Shown here: positions 38,961-52,509 of the stretch, piece after piece
Layout: every line of letters starts with the position of its first letter
Numbering within the stretch: position 1 is the first letter of the stretch
Assembly: GCF_018350175.1 (NCBI RefSeq)
Contig: NC_058368.1
Span: 179,988,001-180,052,000 of the forward strand
Length of the DNA stretch: 64,000 bases
From: Felis catus
Taxonomy: Eukaryota
Direction of reading: 5' to 3'
Notes under the pieces: model-generated
Databases searched by the model: none
Seen by the model: the letters and a program-made list of their open reading frames with translations, nothing else
What the model was told of the DNA's origin: nothing
Translations under genes and position numbers: made by a program

Positions 38961-39964
38961 CGGGTGATCTAAGCCCCACACAGACAGGGACTTTTCTCTG
39001 TTTGGATCCTGGCTGAATCTCTGGCACCTCAAACAGTACCTGGCACATGATAATTGCACAAAGCTAAAGCGTGTTGAATGAATGCAATTATCTGAAATCC
39101 ACAACTGGGAGATGCAAGATTGGATCCTAAGCAGTATGACTCCAGGACCCATGCTCTCAATCCCCAATGCTATGCTGCCTCTCGAGATAATATGAAAGAA
39201 AAAGTATACAGTAAGATACAAGAAAAGCATCCTCAGTTGATATTATTTATATCATTTGGTGACCTGCCCACTGAGTAAGAGTGAGGACGCTCAGAAGCAA
39301 GCTGTCAATGCTTCCTTCTCTCTGTAACCTGTTTGCTTAATTTATGAGTGGGCAGGTAACAAGATCCACATTTGTCCCCACCTGGCCCCATCCCACTGGG
39401 AAGGGGCTGAGGACAGGGAAGTGTCTTGATTCAGCTGTTGCCGGCTGCTTGCAGAGTAAATTAGTTTCATTTATCGAACAGAACATCTGGCTGGGATATC
39501 AAAGACAGGATTGTATATGAGATTAGTGTCTGCGTATTATGCCGAAGATCACAGAGGAGCAGGGAGAGTGGCTGTGGGCTGCCAGGATCCTGTCCCTGCC
39601 CCCACCCTCCTATTCCCCTTATCTAGTTTCCCTCTGCTGGGACTTGGGAACAATCCGAGGACAGTGAGATGCTTCTGGTCCTACAGGAAACAAAATTCAG
39701 AATCTGTTTGTCATATATGAAATGGCATCCCACTAGCCAGTGCCAAAGTACACACTGGGGCATTAAGTGAAGTGCCCCCTGACCTCTAATATATGCATTC
39801 ATCCTTCCAAGTATGCCTGCTAGGTACTGCATCGTCTTACAGGCATGGAGAATGTGGCAGTGAACTGGACGGACAAGACCCTCGGTCTCATGGAGCTTGG
39901 AACACAAACATACCCAATCCAAACTCACCAGGGGCCAAGCTAAAGGGCAGGAACTCATTGCCCG

Positions 39965-40290
39965 TACTCATTCATTTATTCTTTCAACAAATACTGTGCT
40001 GAACCCTGTTCAGCTCTCAGCTCTAGGGACCCTGCCATGAGCAAGCCACATAATATCGCCACATGCATGGAGCCTACGTTCAAGTGAGCTGAGAGGTAGG
40101 GGCACAGAAAATGTTTAAAATAAAGAAATACATGAGTAGTAGAACATGACATAATGAAAAGTAATGAGGAAATAAAAATAAAGTGACAGGTGGTGAAAAA
40201 CATTAAAATATTCTGGAGAAACTTCCCAAGGATGAGATGTTTGCGCTCAGATATGAAAGGTGTGAAGAAGGCAGTCAAGGAAAGATTTTG
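39965..40290 (-). mobile_element. L2 3' fragment
   Basis: ctcattcatttattctttcaacaaatactgtgctgaac...catggagcctacgttcaagtg. Confidence 0.7.
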
Positions 40291-41757
40291 GGGGAAAGCC
40301 AGGTGGGTCTACACCCAGATTGCTCCACAGTAGACCCACAGCCCTCTTCAGTCTGCCGGAGGGTGGTTTGGACCCACGAGGTTAGAGCTGTCCCATAGGG
40401 AGGTCTGATGGGTCATGTGAGGATCCCCTGCCCCAGTCCCGGGCCCCTCCGCCCCACCAGCTACTGCTGCACCACAATTTCTGACATCAGCCAAGACAAG
40501 CAGATAGGGACACTACTACATTTGGCACAGTGAGCAGGGGGACATTCATATGAATTACAAATTGAGCCTGAGCCATCATGCTGACTTTTATTTACTCATT
40601 AATTTGTTGAAACATTAATGAAACCCACCCGCAGGCTGAGTGAGACACTCACGCTTTTTCCTGGTGGTGTCTGGAAAATAGGGGGTTTGGTTTAGCATTC
40701 CCATTTCCTGTTTCCCCACCCTAATATTTTGTCTCCTCAAAGACATATAACAGCCTGAATTTGCGGTCTGAGTGGGAATTGGATATTGCATTCATTCAGG
40801 ATACTTCAGGGCCCAAGAGGGAATTGAAGGGGGGGGAAAAAAAAAACCAACCCTCCCAAATCAGTTCTCTCCATCTCAAAGGAGGCTGGGCCCAGGAGAA
40901 GCAGTCTGTGCCGTGGATGAGAGCAGAGAGCGGCCAGCAGTGTCTTTAGCACCTACATGGATGGCCAACAGGACCCCCTGGGCGCTGGGCTGGAGAAGCA
41001 GACAGTAGAATTCTTCCCCAAGCACTCCCAAGTCACCAAAGCCCAGCCCGCCAATAGGAGGCCCAGTATGAGGGATCTGTACACCTACTAGAGAGGAGAG
41101 TAAAATAATTCAGAGTTTCTTGGTTCCTAGAGCTCAAAGACTAGGCAAAGGGGCTGGAGTGTGGGGGCCATCGCTCTGAGGTAACAATTCCTTGCTCTCC
41201 AGTTTTTCCTGTGAGCCAGTCTTTGACTCTGCGGTCCCTGTGCCATCTGGATAGGACCCCCAAAACTCAAAGCCCTGCCTAGAGGGATGATTAAAGAACT
41301 CAGCTCAGGAATTCCTAGGATACAACGGGATATTAAAAGGAAACGTTCTGTAGGCTGGACTCAGCCTGATCAATATCCATTGAAGACAAGAAGACACAGG
41401 GCCGGCCAGCTTCCTACACATCTTATTTATTGCCGAGGTGTGAGTCATATTAGCAGCTCAGGGAGACACTACAAGGGGACCGCTGCGCCCTATTGTGGAT
41501 TATTTATTAAGCTGGGCTGCCCAGTAATGAAACAGGATGGAGCTGATTTCTCCTTGCCTCCCAGACAGCCTGTCTCTGCAGCCCCTGTGGCATTTGCCTG
41601 CTGTCTCACTGGTAAGGAGGAAGGGTAAGGCCGGCCAGGGAAGGAGATGCTCTGAGAAGCCCCACCCACCTACAGGAGTTGGCAGAGGCGATGGCCTCTC
41701 ACTTGAGTGGGCTTCAGTGGCCTCACATCACAGAGACTGCTGTCTTCTCTTTTCTAG

Positions 41758-41829
41758 GGTGCTGTATGGAAACAAGATCACCGAGATTGCCAAGGGACTG
41801 TTTGATGGGCTGGTATCCCTACAGCTGCT
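41758..41829 (+). CDS. SLIT3: SLIT3 exon 12 (72 nt LRR), phase 2-2
   Basis: Acceptor cttctcttttctAG, donor GTgagt; translates [23 protein letters not shown](L), also visible at the end of ORF 41537..41833. Confidence 0.97.
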
Positions 41830-42353
41830 GTGAGTAGGCATATTGTCACTATGTGTGTCTCTAGGAATGTCTACAGGCTCTTCACCTGCAGACTTTGAGC
41901 CATGCTCAGTACAGTTCTTTTGACTTTACACACACCAAAAGGGGGGAGGGGATTCTGAGCTGTCCACCCCACACTTCCACCACCTCTTTTTGATGGAAGG
42001 ACAACCAGGGAGTTGGCAGAGGGAGACCAAGGTCAATGTGAACAGACCTACATGATACATTACAGCTCAGGAACCTGGACGGGGCATGAGTCACTAACCA
42101 TAGGTCTGGAGGCTAGAAATTAAGGCTGAATGGAATCCTACAAGGGGAAGCATCTTGCAGGAGCATGCTAGGAATTTAGGGAACTAAAACATTCACACCT
42201 TATTCTGATAAAGCTGAAACAGCTGCTGATACACATGTGACCTTGAAGAAGGGTTGGGGGTGGGATGGTGAAATAATTATAGAAGAACATAATCAGTCAC
42301 CAATATGACTCTATCTGGGTAAGATATAACTGAGGGGGTAAGAGTTTATTTAA

Positions 42354-42566
42354 CTATTTATTAAAATTATTGTTAATGTTTATTCAATTTTTGAAAGACA
42401 GGTAGAGACAGAGCACAAGCAGAGATGGGGCAGAGAGAGAGGGGGACAGGCTCCAGGCCCTAAGCTGTCAGCACAGAGCCTGACGCAGGGCTCAAACTCA
42501 CGAACCGCGAGATCATGACCTGAGCCGAAGCTGGATGCTCAACCGACTGAGCCACCCAGCCACCCC
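42354..42566 (-). mobile_element. CanSINE (SINEC_Fc-like), older, with a short internal deletion
   Basis: gctgtcagcacagagcctgacgcagggctcaaactcacgaaccgcgagatcatgacctgagcc; perfect 13-bp TSD agagtttatttaa (42341-42353, 42567-42579). Confidence 0.94.
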
Positions 42567-44819
42567 AGAGTTTATTTAATTTAAAGGAAGACTTGTTGCC
42601 TCAAATTTTAAGCTCTAGGATTATTTATTTGCATTTATTTCATTCTGGTCATTTGAGCTTTAAATGTTTGAAGAAGATAATTGAACTCTGATGTGGAAAG
42701 GCAAGGAAAGAAATTTAGCTTGTCATATATTTTAAGATTCTATGATGGGGGAGAGTTATCTGTAGTTTGTGATTAGGTAGCCGTGGGATCTACACGCATG
42801 TGCCGTGGGCATGGGAGTACATGTGCGCACATACACATCCTGCTCGGTGACCATCACAATTCTTAGGAGTATGAGGAATTGATCTTGAGTATCCTGGGAA
42901 CACTGGAGAATGCCAGGTCTCAGAGAGGTAAACACCTTGCCCTCAATCACACAGCAAAATAGGTGTGGAAACTGGAGAAGAGTTTACATGGCCCTGTGCC
43001 TCAGAAGGCTCTCAGCCTTCGAATAGAGGTGTATATCTGAGTAAAGATGAGTGAGTGAGCATGTGTGTCTTTGTAAAACTATCTCCCAAGTCACAGGCAG
43101 TGAGGAAGGGGCCCAGGGCCTCCCGACTTCCTGTGTGCAGTTAAACAAAGCTGCAGCAGGAATTTGCAGACCAGGTAGGCAAGCTGGGTCTCCGGGTGGG
43201 TGGGAGGCCAGGCACAAAAATAGAGAGAGGTAGGCCCGGTGACTCCCAGAGACTCTTCAAGAAAGAGGAAATGAGATTTGTCCTCAGCCTTTACCTTCTC
43301 ACATCTTAACTCCCTCCCCTTCCCATGTCCTGTAAGACTCAGGCTTGGATGGTTCTAAGACAATGCAGTCATGTAAATCATGCTAGTTTCCAGGCAGCAT
43401 GTCCATCTACAAGCAGCAGTCAGGTTTGTTTCAATGAAGCTGAGAGCAAGAGAAAGAAGATTCTTTTGTGTCTTTTCTTCTCTGTATCTCCTCTCACCTC
43501 CATCTCCACGTCTGTCTCACTCTGTGAATCTCTGTGTGGGCATCTTTGAGTTCAGAGGTCCCAGCCCTTGGGTGAGCCTTTAAAGCTATTTGTTACAGTG
43601 ACCCACCAGGGCTCTGCAGGGAGCGGGGTGTTTCACAGATGGTATTCTTTGCTTGTAGCAAAGAAACTAAATCGTAACCACCTCCATAAGGCTAGTTAAC
43701 TGTAGCTATTAATCCCTTGAAAGAAGAGTAACAGTAGCATTGGCGTTGAGGTAGATTTGGGGGTGGTTGTGTTGTACTGGGCTGGGGTGAGTATCCTTTT
43801 ACAATCTGCTTGTCTAGTGTAGACAGAAAAATGTCATTGCATGCATTAAGGAGAAATCTAGCATGCATCAAAGTGCCTAGCAGAGCGCATGGCATGTTGC
43901 AAAGATTCAATAAATGCATGGGTTTTGGGGGAGTTTATTTCTGGGGGGGGTTGCATATTTTTTAAAAAAGGAAATGTCTCCCAGCTTGGAGCAGACAGCA
44001 GTGACGATATTAATAGAACTCACAGGATTTGCATGGGCCAGGAACTCTAGTTTAATCTCACCAAAATTTTGAGCAAATGGAATGGAATAGCTGGGAGTAA
44101 ACTAGGAGTAAAGACAAAGCATCCCTGCCTTGCGCGTGACCAGGAGTTGACACAACTCAGGCAAGCTTGCTCTCCAGAAAGAAGCAGCAACTGCAGCCGT
44201 CATTGGGCTTTGACCTGCCGCTGAGCTGTTGGAAAGCAGGTCCTGATTAGATCTAATTTAGCGTCCAGCCCGCTGTAGATTGGATTTCTCCTTGTTAGAC
44301 TGGAGACACTCTGATAAGAAGGCTCTGATTAGAATACCCTGGTAGTCTGGGTAATTTCCTCTCCTTTGACTCCAAGGCTTTTTGTAAGAGGTTCGTGTTT
44401 ATTTCTCTCTCCCTGTTTCTCAAATTATTGGTGCATCACAAAGCCAAGCTGTCTCTGCCACGTGAAGCGATCTCGGATATTTCCTCTGTGGCACAACTCA
44501 CGGTGTTGTCGGTAGTAAAGGGGGTACATTGTAGTTGTCCTGCCTGCGCCCCCTTGTCCCATTGTTCCACATTTTCCAGCCATCCTGCCAGATTTTCCCA
44601 GGCCCTGCATGTACTCAGTCCTCCTGGGTCCCGTTCTTGAGATGCTTATTACAGCAGATGGTCAACACTGAGAATAGAATATCTCAGGCTTCAGAGTTTC
44701 TTGGAGGCCACTAAAAATGGGCTACATGGAAACACTTAAAAGTCCTGGGAATGATCCCCTAAACCCGATGCCCTGTCCTCTGGGTGTCAGCCTCCAAAGA
44801 GTCACCTCCTTTTGTTTAA

Positions 44820-45260
44820 GTTCCAGAATTTTAGAGGTCAAAGGAACATCAGGGCTCCAAGCACAGTCTCCTACCCAGCTAGTGCAGAACCCCCTCCCAC
44901 GCCCTCTGTGACAAATTTTTCTATCTGTTCTTGCTGATGGTGTCTGTGATAAGTCATCATTGTGTACTTAGAAAGTTAGGCAGTTCTTTCTTATACTAAA
45001 GCTCAGTAATGGCTTCTGGGGAAACTCAGAAAAGGCTATTCTCAAAATCTTCAAAGGTTTCAAAGTAACTAGTATGTCTCCCTGTAATTAATCCTAAACA
45101 GGTTCCATTCCTGCAGACATTCATGGTATAAACACACATTCATTGGTCATTATTTATCAGCAGTGACAGTCCTTATTTATCTTTGGGGGTGTGCGTGGTG
45201 GTCTGTATGCCCATCCCTCCTTAAAACAGAGTGCTGGGAAGTGAGTCCCACACCCATTTG
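44820..45260 (-). mobile_element. Possible ancient CR1/L3 fragment
   Basis: agaattttagaggtcaaaggaac...gttaggcagttctttcttatactaa resembles degenerate L3 3' ends; by eye only. Confidence 0.4.
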
Positions 45261-45894
45261 GACAAGAAGTATGTTAGACACTGCCTGCTAATGTGCTGAG
45301 AACTGAAATATCCCATGTGAAGATGTCTCAGAATGTAAGGTTAGGACAAGATATGTCACATGCTCCCAGGTCCAGGGATGGGAGCAGCTGGATTACCAGA
45401 GAACTGACCCTTCTCCTGGCTGTGCCCATCCCTTTCCTCACCAGAAACTTTAGCTCAGAGGTCGACCTCTCCCAAAACAAGAAAAGCCGTCAGTGCGTCT
45501 CTAGAGCCATCACTTTCCCCTCTGACGGGCAGCTGCAAGGTGTGCTGTCCCAGCTCCCCCAGGAAATAAAGAGCATTCATTTAGTGCTCATTGATTGCAT
45601 GGCAGATGCGTAGGAAAGTGGCCCGAGTAGGGCAGGCGGTCCTTTGAGGTAGAAGCCTTCACGTAAATGCTGGGCAGTCAATGTTAAGCCTGCTCCAGGA
45701 GGTCTGAACCCAAACCAGACTGCCTTTGGGCTAGAATAAGTTAAGACAACCCAGGCACCTGTTGTTTGATTTTCTTGGAAGGCAGACAAGACCCTTTGAG
45801 AATCTTGGAGTCTGCCAAGCAACATGCCAATTACAGGGCAGTGAGCAAAACTCCACCCCCGTAGCTCACTTTTCCTCACCAGCTGTTTCGCAAG

Positions 45895-46125
45895 TATTAC
45901 TACTGCTGCTAATTACTTAATATGCTCCAGAACCCGTGCCAAAGCAATGTTATGTGCTTGTATGCTTCTCTGGTCTACGCAACAGTGCTAAGAGGAAGGT
46001 ATTGTGAAAAGGCCCATTTTACAGATGGGGAAACTGAGGCATCGAAAGGTTAAGTAACATGGCCATTGTCTTTCAGCGTGTAAGCGATGGAGCGTTGGCA
46101 TCCAGGCAGGCTAATTCTAGAGTCC
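45895..46125 (-). mobile_element. MIR
   Basis: cccattttacagatgggaaactgaggcatcgaaaggttaagtaac core. Confidence 0.8.
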
Positions 46126-47162
46126 GTGCAAGAGACTTCTGCTTCAGGCCCTGTCACAGGCAGATCTGCAGAACTAGTTCTGTTATCCACAGAGCAAGAG
46201 TTCCTCACAGGCTCGTGCCAAGGAGGAGGTACTGCTGAACCGACTGTTTCTGGTTCCTTTCGTTATGCCTCAGTATCCGTCACAGGCTGCTGTCTCCCTG
46301 GGACTTCCTCTGGCCCCTTGTCATCCCACTAACCCCTGTGAGAGGGCATGAAGGAGCTGCCCGTCTGTAAAGACTGGGTTAAGGGCAGATGGTGAGAACT
46401 TCCCAGCAGTGGAAGCAGACTTACTTTGTGATGCACTTTTGAGGGAGGGCTTCTTCCCTTCCTTGTGCGCCCAGGGCTTCCCAAGGGAGGCCTTCAGGGA
46501 GATGTAAAATCTGGAGTCATCCCATGCTTGGCCATTGAGTGAATGATTCACCCCTCTTAAAGGACCAGTTGGTAACCAGAAGGCAAGTGACCACCCTGGT
46601 AGCTGTTGAGGGAGGGAAGGAGCAAGCCAGGTCACACTAGGGGAGGCCTTTGATCCCCCAATAGCAGGTGATGGCTGCCGTGTCCAGTCTCTCAGAATCT
46701 CCGCTTCCCTCTGCTTGCACCCTATTCCTACAGTTCTCCTCTGTCTGTGGACTCCAGGGAGGTCCTGTTTTTCAGACAGGCCATCCAATGGCATTGCTAC
46801 ATTTGCAGTTTCCTGGGCATTAGGAATCACCATGACAACCCACAGCCTGTGACCAGCAGTGCAGCCATTATTGGGAGGGAATGGAAGAGTCTTCTTTGTC
46901 CCTAGTTGGGCCTGGGATGGTTCCTCCTGTTTCCTCTCCTGAGTGTTGAGCCTGACGTGGCCCAGAGCAAGACTGGGCAGCGTTAGGGTTTCTTGACCTC
47001 GTGGCACCAGATATCACCAGGCTTCTCCCATTGTCTGGCCTCAGTAGGTTCCTGAATGTCAAAGTAAATTCCCCATATCATATGGTAATGATGAGAACAT
47101 AGTATCTGTGCTAAGGCAAGAGAGTAGGTCTTATTAAAATTAATGTGTAAAAAAAAAAGTCA

Positions 47163-47375
47163 GGAGCACCTGGGTGGCTCAGTCAGTTAAGCGTCTGACT
47201 TCAGTTCAGGTCATGATCTCACGGCTTGTGGGTTCGAGCCCCACGTTGGGCTCTGTGCTGACAGCTCAGAGCCTGGAGCCTGCTTGGGATTCTGTGTCTC
47301 CCTCTCTCTCTGCTCCTCCACCTCTCTCTCTCTTTCTCTCTCTCTCAAAAATAAATACATTAAAAAATCTTTTTT
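47163..47375 (+). mobile_element. CanSINE (SINEC_Fc-like)
   Basis: ggagcacctgggtggctcagtcagttaagcgtctgact...gttcgagccc...(CT)n aaaaataaatacattaaaaaa; approximate TSD aaaagt(t)cagg. Confidence 0.95.
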
Positions 47376-49784
47376 AAAAGTTCAGGATGACAGAGGGTTA
47401 ATTCTGGAGAAATTTAAAAAAAGAAAAAAGAGGAAGACATTAATGAGAGAGGTTTGACTCTGTGTCCTGCAGCTTAATCAGGGGTCCAAGATACCTCCCC
47501 AGATTGGTGTCCTCACGAATAGTTTATGCCAATGCATAATGGTGGTAAATACTCACAGGGAGAGACCTTTTTCTGAGGAGGAGCAATAGAAAAAATGCCA
47601 GGCAGTTATTGGTACCGTTTTTCTCCTCCGTATCTACATCTGAGTATTTATAAAACAAACTGACTCCCCAGCCTTGTGTTAGGAAAAGGAAGCTCCCCAA
47701 AGCACCTGCCCCCTTGGCAGGAGCCTGGGCCAGCTTTCCATCTCATGGTCTTTCCTGCAAGGACTTGACTAATTTCCAGGAAGAGGGTCACTATGCTCTC
47801 TCTTGGCACCAGTTTTCTGAGCAAACCTTGTACTCTGGAGTTTAGAATATGCTTTTGGCATTTCCAGACAAATACCACTCAAGTAGGAGTGGCAACATAA
47901 CCGCTGTCTTCCACAGACCCACGGGCAGGTGTGGAGAGTATAAATACCACCCAGAACGTTAGCTCTGGGCCACTGAATCAACATGTGAATTGCTAGAGTT
48001 GCCAAGGTGATTTTAATGCAATTTATCATTAAAGCTGACTCCCGATGTTTGTGTTTTTCCGAACTGTGCAGCGAAGGCCTGTGAGCTCTGTGGGAATCTT
48101 CACTGAGGAGGAGATGTGGGCAAGGACAGTAGCTAAAAATGGGGTCTCAGTGGTCTTCTGCCCTGTTGGCCTTTTTAGAGAAAGTGGGTGTGGTAGGGCC
48201 TTTTCACTGATGAGGGTGGACCTCATCTCCCTCCTGTGGTTCTTCTCTCTGTATCTCCTGGACCTTGAAGGAAGGAAGCTGCCAGCTGCTCCTGTGTTGA
48301 GAGCATCTGGGACCTTTCTGGCCAGGGCAGGCCGGGTCCCCGAGCAGGAGGACTTGAGTCACAAGAGCCCTCCTTAGCCCAGACCCAGGGTATTTCACTG
48401 CCCCCTCTACAAGCTCCAGCTCTGTGGTTCTCTGTGGCTTATTTCCTGCCTGGCCTTTTCTGAAGGCAATGGTTCTGGAAAGGATTATCTCTTAGCAGCA
48501 TCGTTATGTTGATTATTCAGTGGACTGAGTGCTAATACCTCTTGACATGGAACATATGTGGAAGCTGCACGTGCTCATGGAAGAGGGGTTGGGAGAAGGC
48601 CTCGTAGGGCTGACACTTGGAAGTAAATATAGAAGGTGATGTCTGTGCACTCCTGCTGGATGTGCCATTCTCCTTAATCCCCTCTGAAGGGAGCGTGGCT
48701 TTTTGTTTTGTTATGTTGTAGAATCGTCACTAGCTTAATGGGAGTGGCCACAGAAAACATACTGCCATCTCCTCCCATCAGCATTGGGTGATTCCCAAGG
48801 TCCATTAATGGGCATCAGGGTGGCATAATGGGTGGGAGCAAAGCCTTTGTGCTAAGATAACATGGATCCACTTCTCAAACTGCCACTTACTACTGTGCAA
48901 CTTTGGTCACTGGTACTTAAGTTTTCTGCGTCCCAACAGTTTTCTGTGTCATCTGTCCAATGGAGATAACACTTACTCTCTAGTGGGGACATTCAGTGGG
49001 TTAGTGTTTGTAAGGTGGTTGGTGGGTGTTTGATCATACATCATGCTTGTTACATGTTACGTCGTGTGGTCCTGATGTTCATCTGGCCTGTCCATCTCAG
49101 CCCTTCTCTTTTCTTTTGCTTATAAAACCTTCAAAAGAGGTTCTTTGGGAGGTGGGTCTGGGAGCAGGTGGCCCCAAAAGATGGCTGGATTTGCTTCTGG
49201 GGGAAATATTTATGAGCACAAGATGCCCTCAACCCCCAACTCACTGGATCCAACAAGAGATCAAGCTGAAGGTCTAGTTGGGATGTCAAAGTTTTGGCTT
49301 TGAATACCAGGCAGCCTTTCAAATGAGGCAACCTGGAGCATCTCATCTTGCATGAGGGTTGCTGCTGTCTCTGCTTCATCACTGTCCCCTGATCTGCCCA
49401 GGGTAGAGTGAGAATTCAGAGGAGCCACGCATACTGCTCCCAAGTCAGCATGTGGTTAATGATCGCTGAAGGTTGAAATGCTGCTTCGTGTGTGTGTGTG
49501 AGCCCCTCAGTGAAGAACCTTCCACTTTGTGCCAATGGCAGTTTGGTGAGCATCCCAAAAAGCATCCCATCTCCAACAACTTGGTGCCAAGTCCTTCCTA
49601 AGAGTTGGCAGGATTCCTGATCGCTCCAGACAACCAAACGGCGAGCAGTCTTCCTGACCCAACCAGACCTCTGCCCACCTGGTGCATTCCATGCCCAGGT
49701 GCATTCCAAAGCTAGCAAAAATAACCACTCCCAGAGACCAGGAACATGCTTCACTGAGCATGGAAGAAAGAGTATGGATTCTCT

Positions 49785-50013
49785 GTGGTGGATAAAAGCT
49801 GAGGTCTGGAGTCAGGCTGGTATGTTTCACTTGCTGCTTGGTCAAATCTGCCACCACTTGGACCCTCAGTTTCCACACCAGCAAAATGAGGACAATCTTA
49901 GTGCTGCTGTGAGGCTGAAATAAAATACTGCATGGAAAGTGCTTTGGAAAACGCTTGGCACGGGGCTGCACAGAGCCGTGGTCCCTAGAGATGTCACTGC
50001 ATTATTAGTATCA
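49785..50013 (+). mobile_element. MIR
   Basis: ctggagtcaggctgg...cctcagtttcc...aaaatgagga...tgtgaggctgaaataa...aaagtgctttggaaaacgcttggcac. Confidence 0.7.
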
Positions 50014-51018
50014 TTTCAGCAGCTGCACTGCTGTTGTTCCTCAAAGGGAGATGAAATAGGACAGACCCAGCAGCCTTGAGGGGAAAAAGAGGGAAAATCG
50101 ATCTCTCCAGGGAAAGAGACAGAAGGCCTGTCTTCAGGAGTTCTTATGGAAATGCTGAACCCCATTACAAATAGTTGTTTACTCTCTGTTTGCTCCACAG
50201 CATGTTTTTTCAATTCCCCTCCAACTCTTGTCCATGTACCAGGTAGCTCAGGGATCCTTTCGTGGAAGACAGATGGAGTTGAGTAGCTGCCAGCCTTCCT
50301 CCCAAAGGAGAGAGGACAGAAGGACGGGCTGTTAGATCTTGCTGGTGCTAGGGATCAGTGAGGCTGTCCTCAGCATCTAAATCGGGATAAGCAGCTTAAT
50401 TTTATCTCTTCCTGCACCTACGTGTCTTGCCTTAGGGAGCCAAGCATCCTGGGAGGGAGGGAGTGACCAAGAGACTGTGCCCTTTTGTATTTCCGCCTGC
50501 TCCCTGCTTCATGCACTCTGTGCCTCATGCTGTCTTTGCCTAGTAATTCCGCCAGCCTGGGGTGTTTTGATGCCTTCCATCTTTGAGATAACACCCCATG
50601 CTAAGACATCTAGAAGTAGTAGGGAACAAGGAAAAGCATTTGGATCAGAAAAAGAAGCCTCAGTAGTTCTGATGAGTGAGGAGGGTTGCCCCCAGGAGCA
50701 CGCAGATTGGCTACCCTTTCAAGGCAGGTCAGAGTCACCACTGCTCTATCCCTGGGGGCTCTGTCTTTGTCCAGGGTCTAGCGTTCCCCAGAACTGCAGC
50801 TGGGCTCTTTAATCTGCACTAGGGTCTCAGGTATGAGTGCCCACTCAGGCAAGACAGGCGAAGAAGCTGGTGAAAGGCACGCTAGGGAAGAGTGAGGACT
50901 GTGGCAAACAGGGAGCATGGGTCCTATCAAAAGGGGACAGCCACCCCATAGCTGCCTCCAGTGGACTCCATGTTGCTAGAATTTCTGAAATTTTTTTCCA
51001 AGAGGAAATAGAAATCTG

Positions 51019-51031
51019 GTGTGTGTGTGTG

Positions 51032-51123
<92 letters not shown>

Positions 51124-51160
51124 AGAGGGAGAGGGAGGGAGGCAGGGAGAGGGAGAGAAA
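51019..51160. repeat. (GT)26 (one GC interruption) + (GA)23 + GAGG-rich compound microsatellite
   Basis: GT run 51019-51070, GA run 51071-51116, purine-rich tail to 51160. Confidence 0.95.
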
Positions 51161-52509
51161 TTTCCCAATTTTAAAACACTGGGAGGGTGAATGAACAGAT
51201 TTGCATGTGGGATGTCACAATATATTGCAGGGAAGATTCTTTCTTCAGGGCATCAGATTGGTACCTCTGACTTGGTCTCTTTACTGAATTGTTCAGTATT
51301 TCCTAGCAAAGGGATCCCCTCTTAAGGCCCTGAATATCAAGGTTTGGAATAAATCATTTACCATGCACTTTATTTTCCTTTGTAAACAAGCACACCAAAC
51401 ACCCATGTGTGAAGGGTCCATTCCTGCCCCGTGGGTGCTTAGCCCTGCTGGGTCCCTCCGGCTTTTCTCCCTGTTTCTTTGCCCCTTGGTGTCCTCCTTG
51501 GAATGTCCCCAGAATGGATTGACCTTGACTAAAATGCAATCTATAAAGCACAGGACATTCTTGGGGGGGAATGCCACTGGGGGATAGACAGATGGGTGGG
51601 GTATATAAGGTGTTCGTAAAGAAAAAAGTGCACCCTCCAGAGACATCAGTTCTCGTAACTACCTCCAGCATGTTCCCTGGAAACGCATGCAACCTTGACC
51701 AAGCCACCACATTCTCAGCCTCAGTTCTGTCACCTAAACTTGGGAGGCTGGCTGTACCCATCTGCCTAGGTTACCGTGAGAACAATTGGATGTCAGGAAA
51801 GCACTTTGGAAAACAACAAGAGTATTCTAGCTTTTCTCTACTGCAAGGCAGGAGGACATCTGTGCGAACCCTTGGGACCCTGCCCATTATTAGCCAGATT
51901 AAACACGCAGCTCTTGTACTTGTCACTGCCACAGCTGCCTGCCTGCACGCAGGCTGCAGGGGCCCCACTGGGAGGATGGGCCTCCAGCAAGGGAGAGGTG
52001 CTATAGAAGGCTGAGCTCCCAGGGGCAACCCCCCATCACCAACTCAAGTCCCCTAGACCCTGGCATCAGAGCCTGTGGAGGCCAGCCCATTACGAGTCTC
52101 CTGGGCCACTCTCCACGAGAGAAGCTCTGAGCCAGCCTTGAAAGAGAAATGTTAAAAATTTAACATTTTTATTGGTTCGTCTAATTCTCCTCTCCCCTAT
52201 GTTTATTGACGAGGGAATGAGAAATGATTTTATACTAGTTAAGAGGGTACAAACAGTTGGTCTAGGATCATAAAGGAAATTCTCAGGACTCAGATTTGCT
52301 TGACTTGCCAGCCCCATGCTGGAGAACTCTTCTATAACCCTCATGGCATCACCTATGCTGGACCAGAGTTTCACCTGAAAGGCAGCTTCTTTTGATGCTT
52401 TTTTTTTTTTTTTTTTTTTTGGTGGAGGGAGGGGTATGCAGATCTAAAACCAGGGAAGACAGGTGCCACCTTAGAGTGTGGTCCCCTGGAGTTGTGTACG
52501 GGGTTGGGT

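Noticed and set aside
46321..47007. Longest ORF in the track (228 aa, - strand)
   Set aside because: Non-ATG start, no recognisable domain, antisense and intronic; consistent with chance.
47163..47245. tRNA-like A and B boxes (tggctcagtcagtt, ggttcgagccc)
   Set aside because: Head of a tRNA-derived CanSINE, not a tRNA gene.
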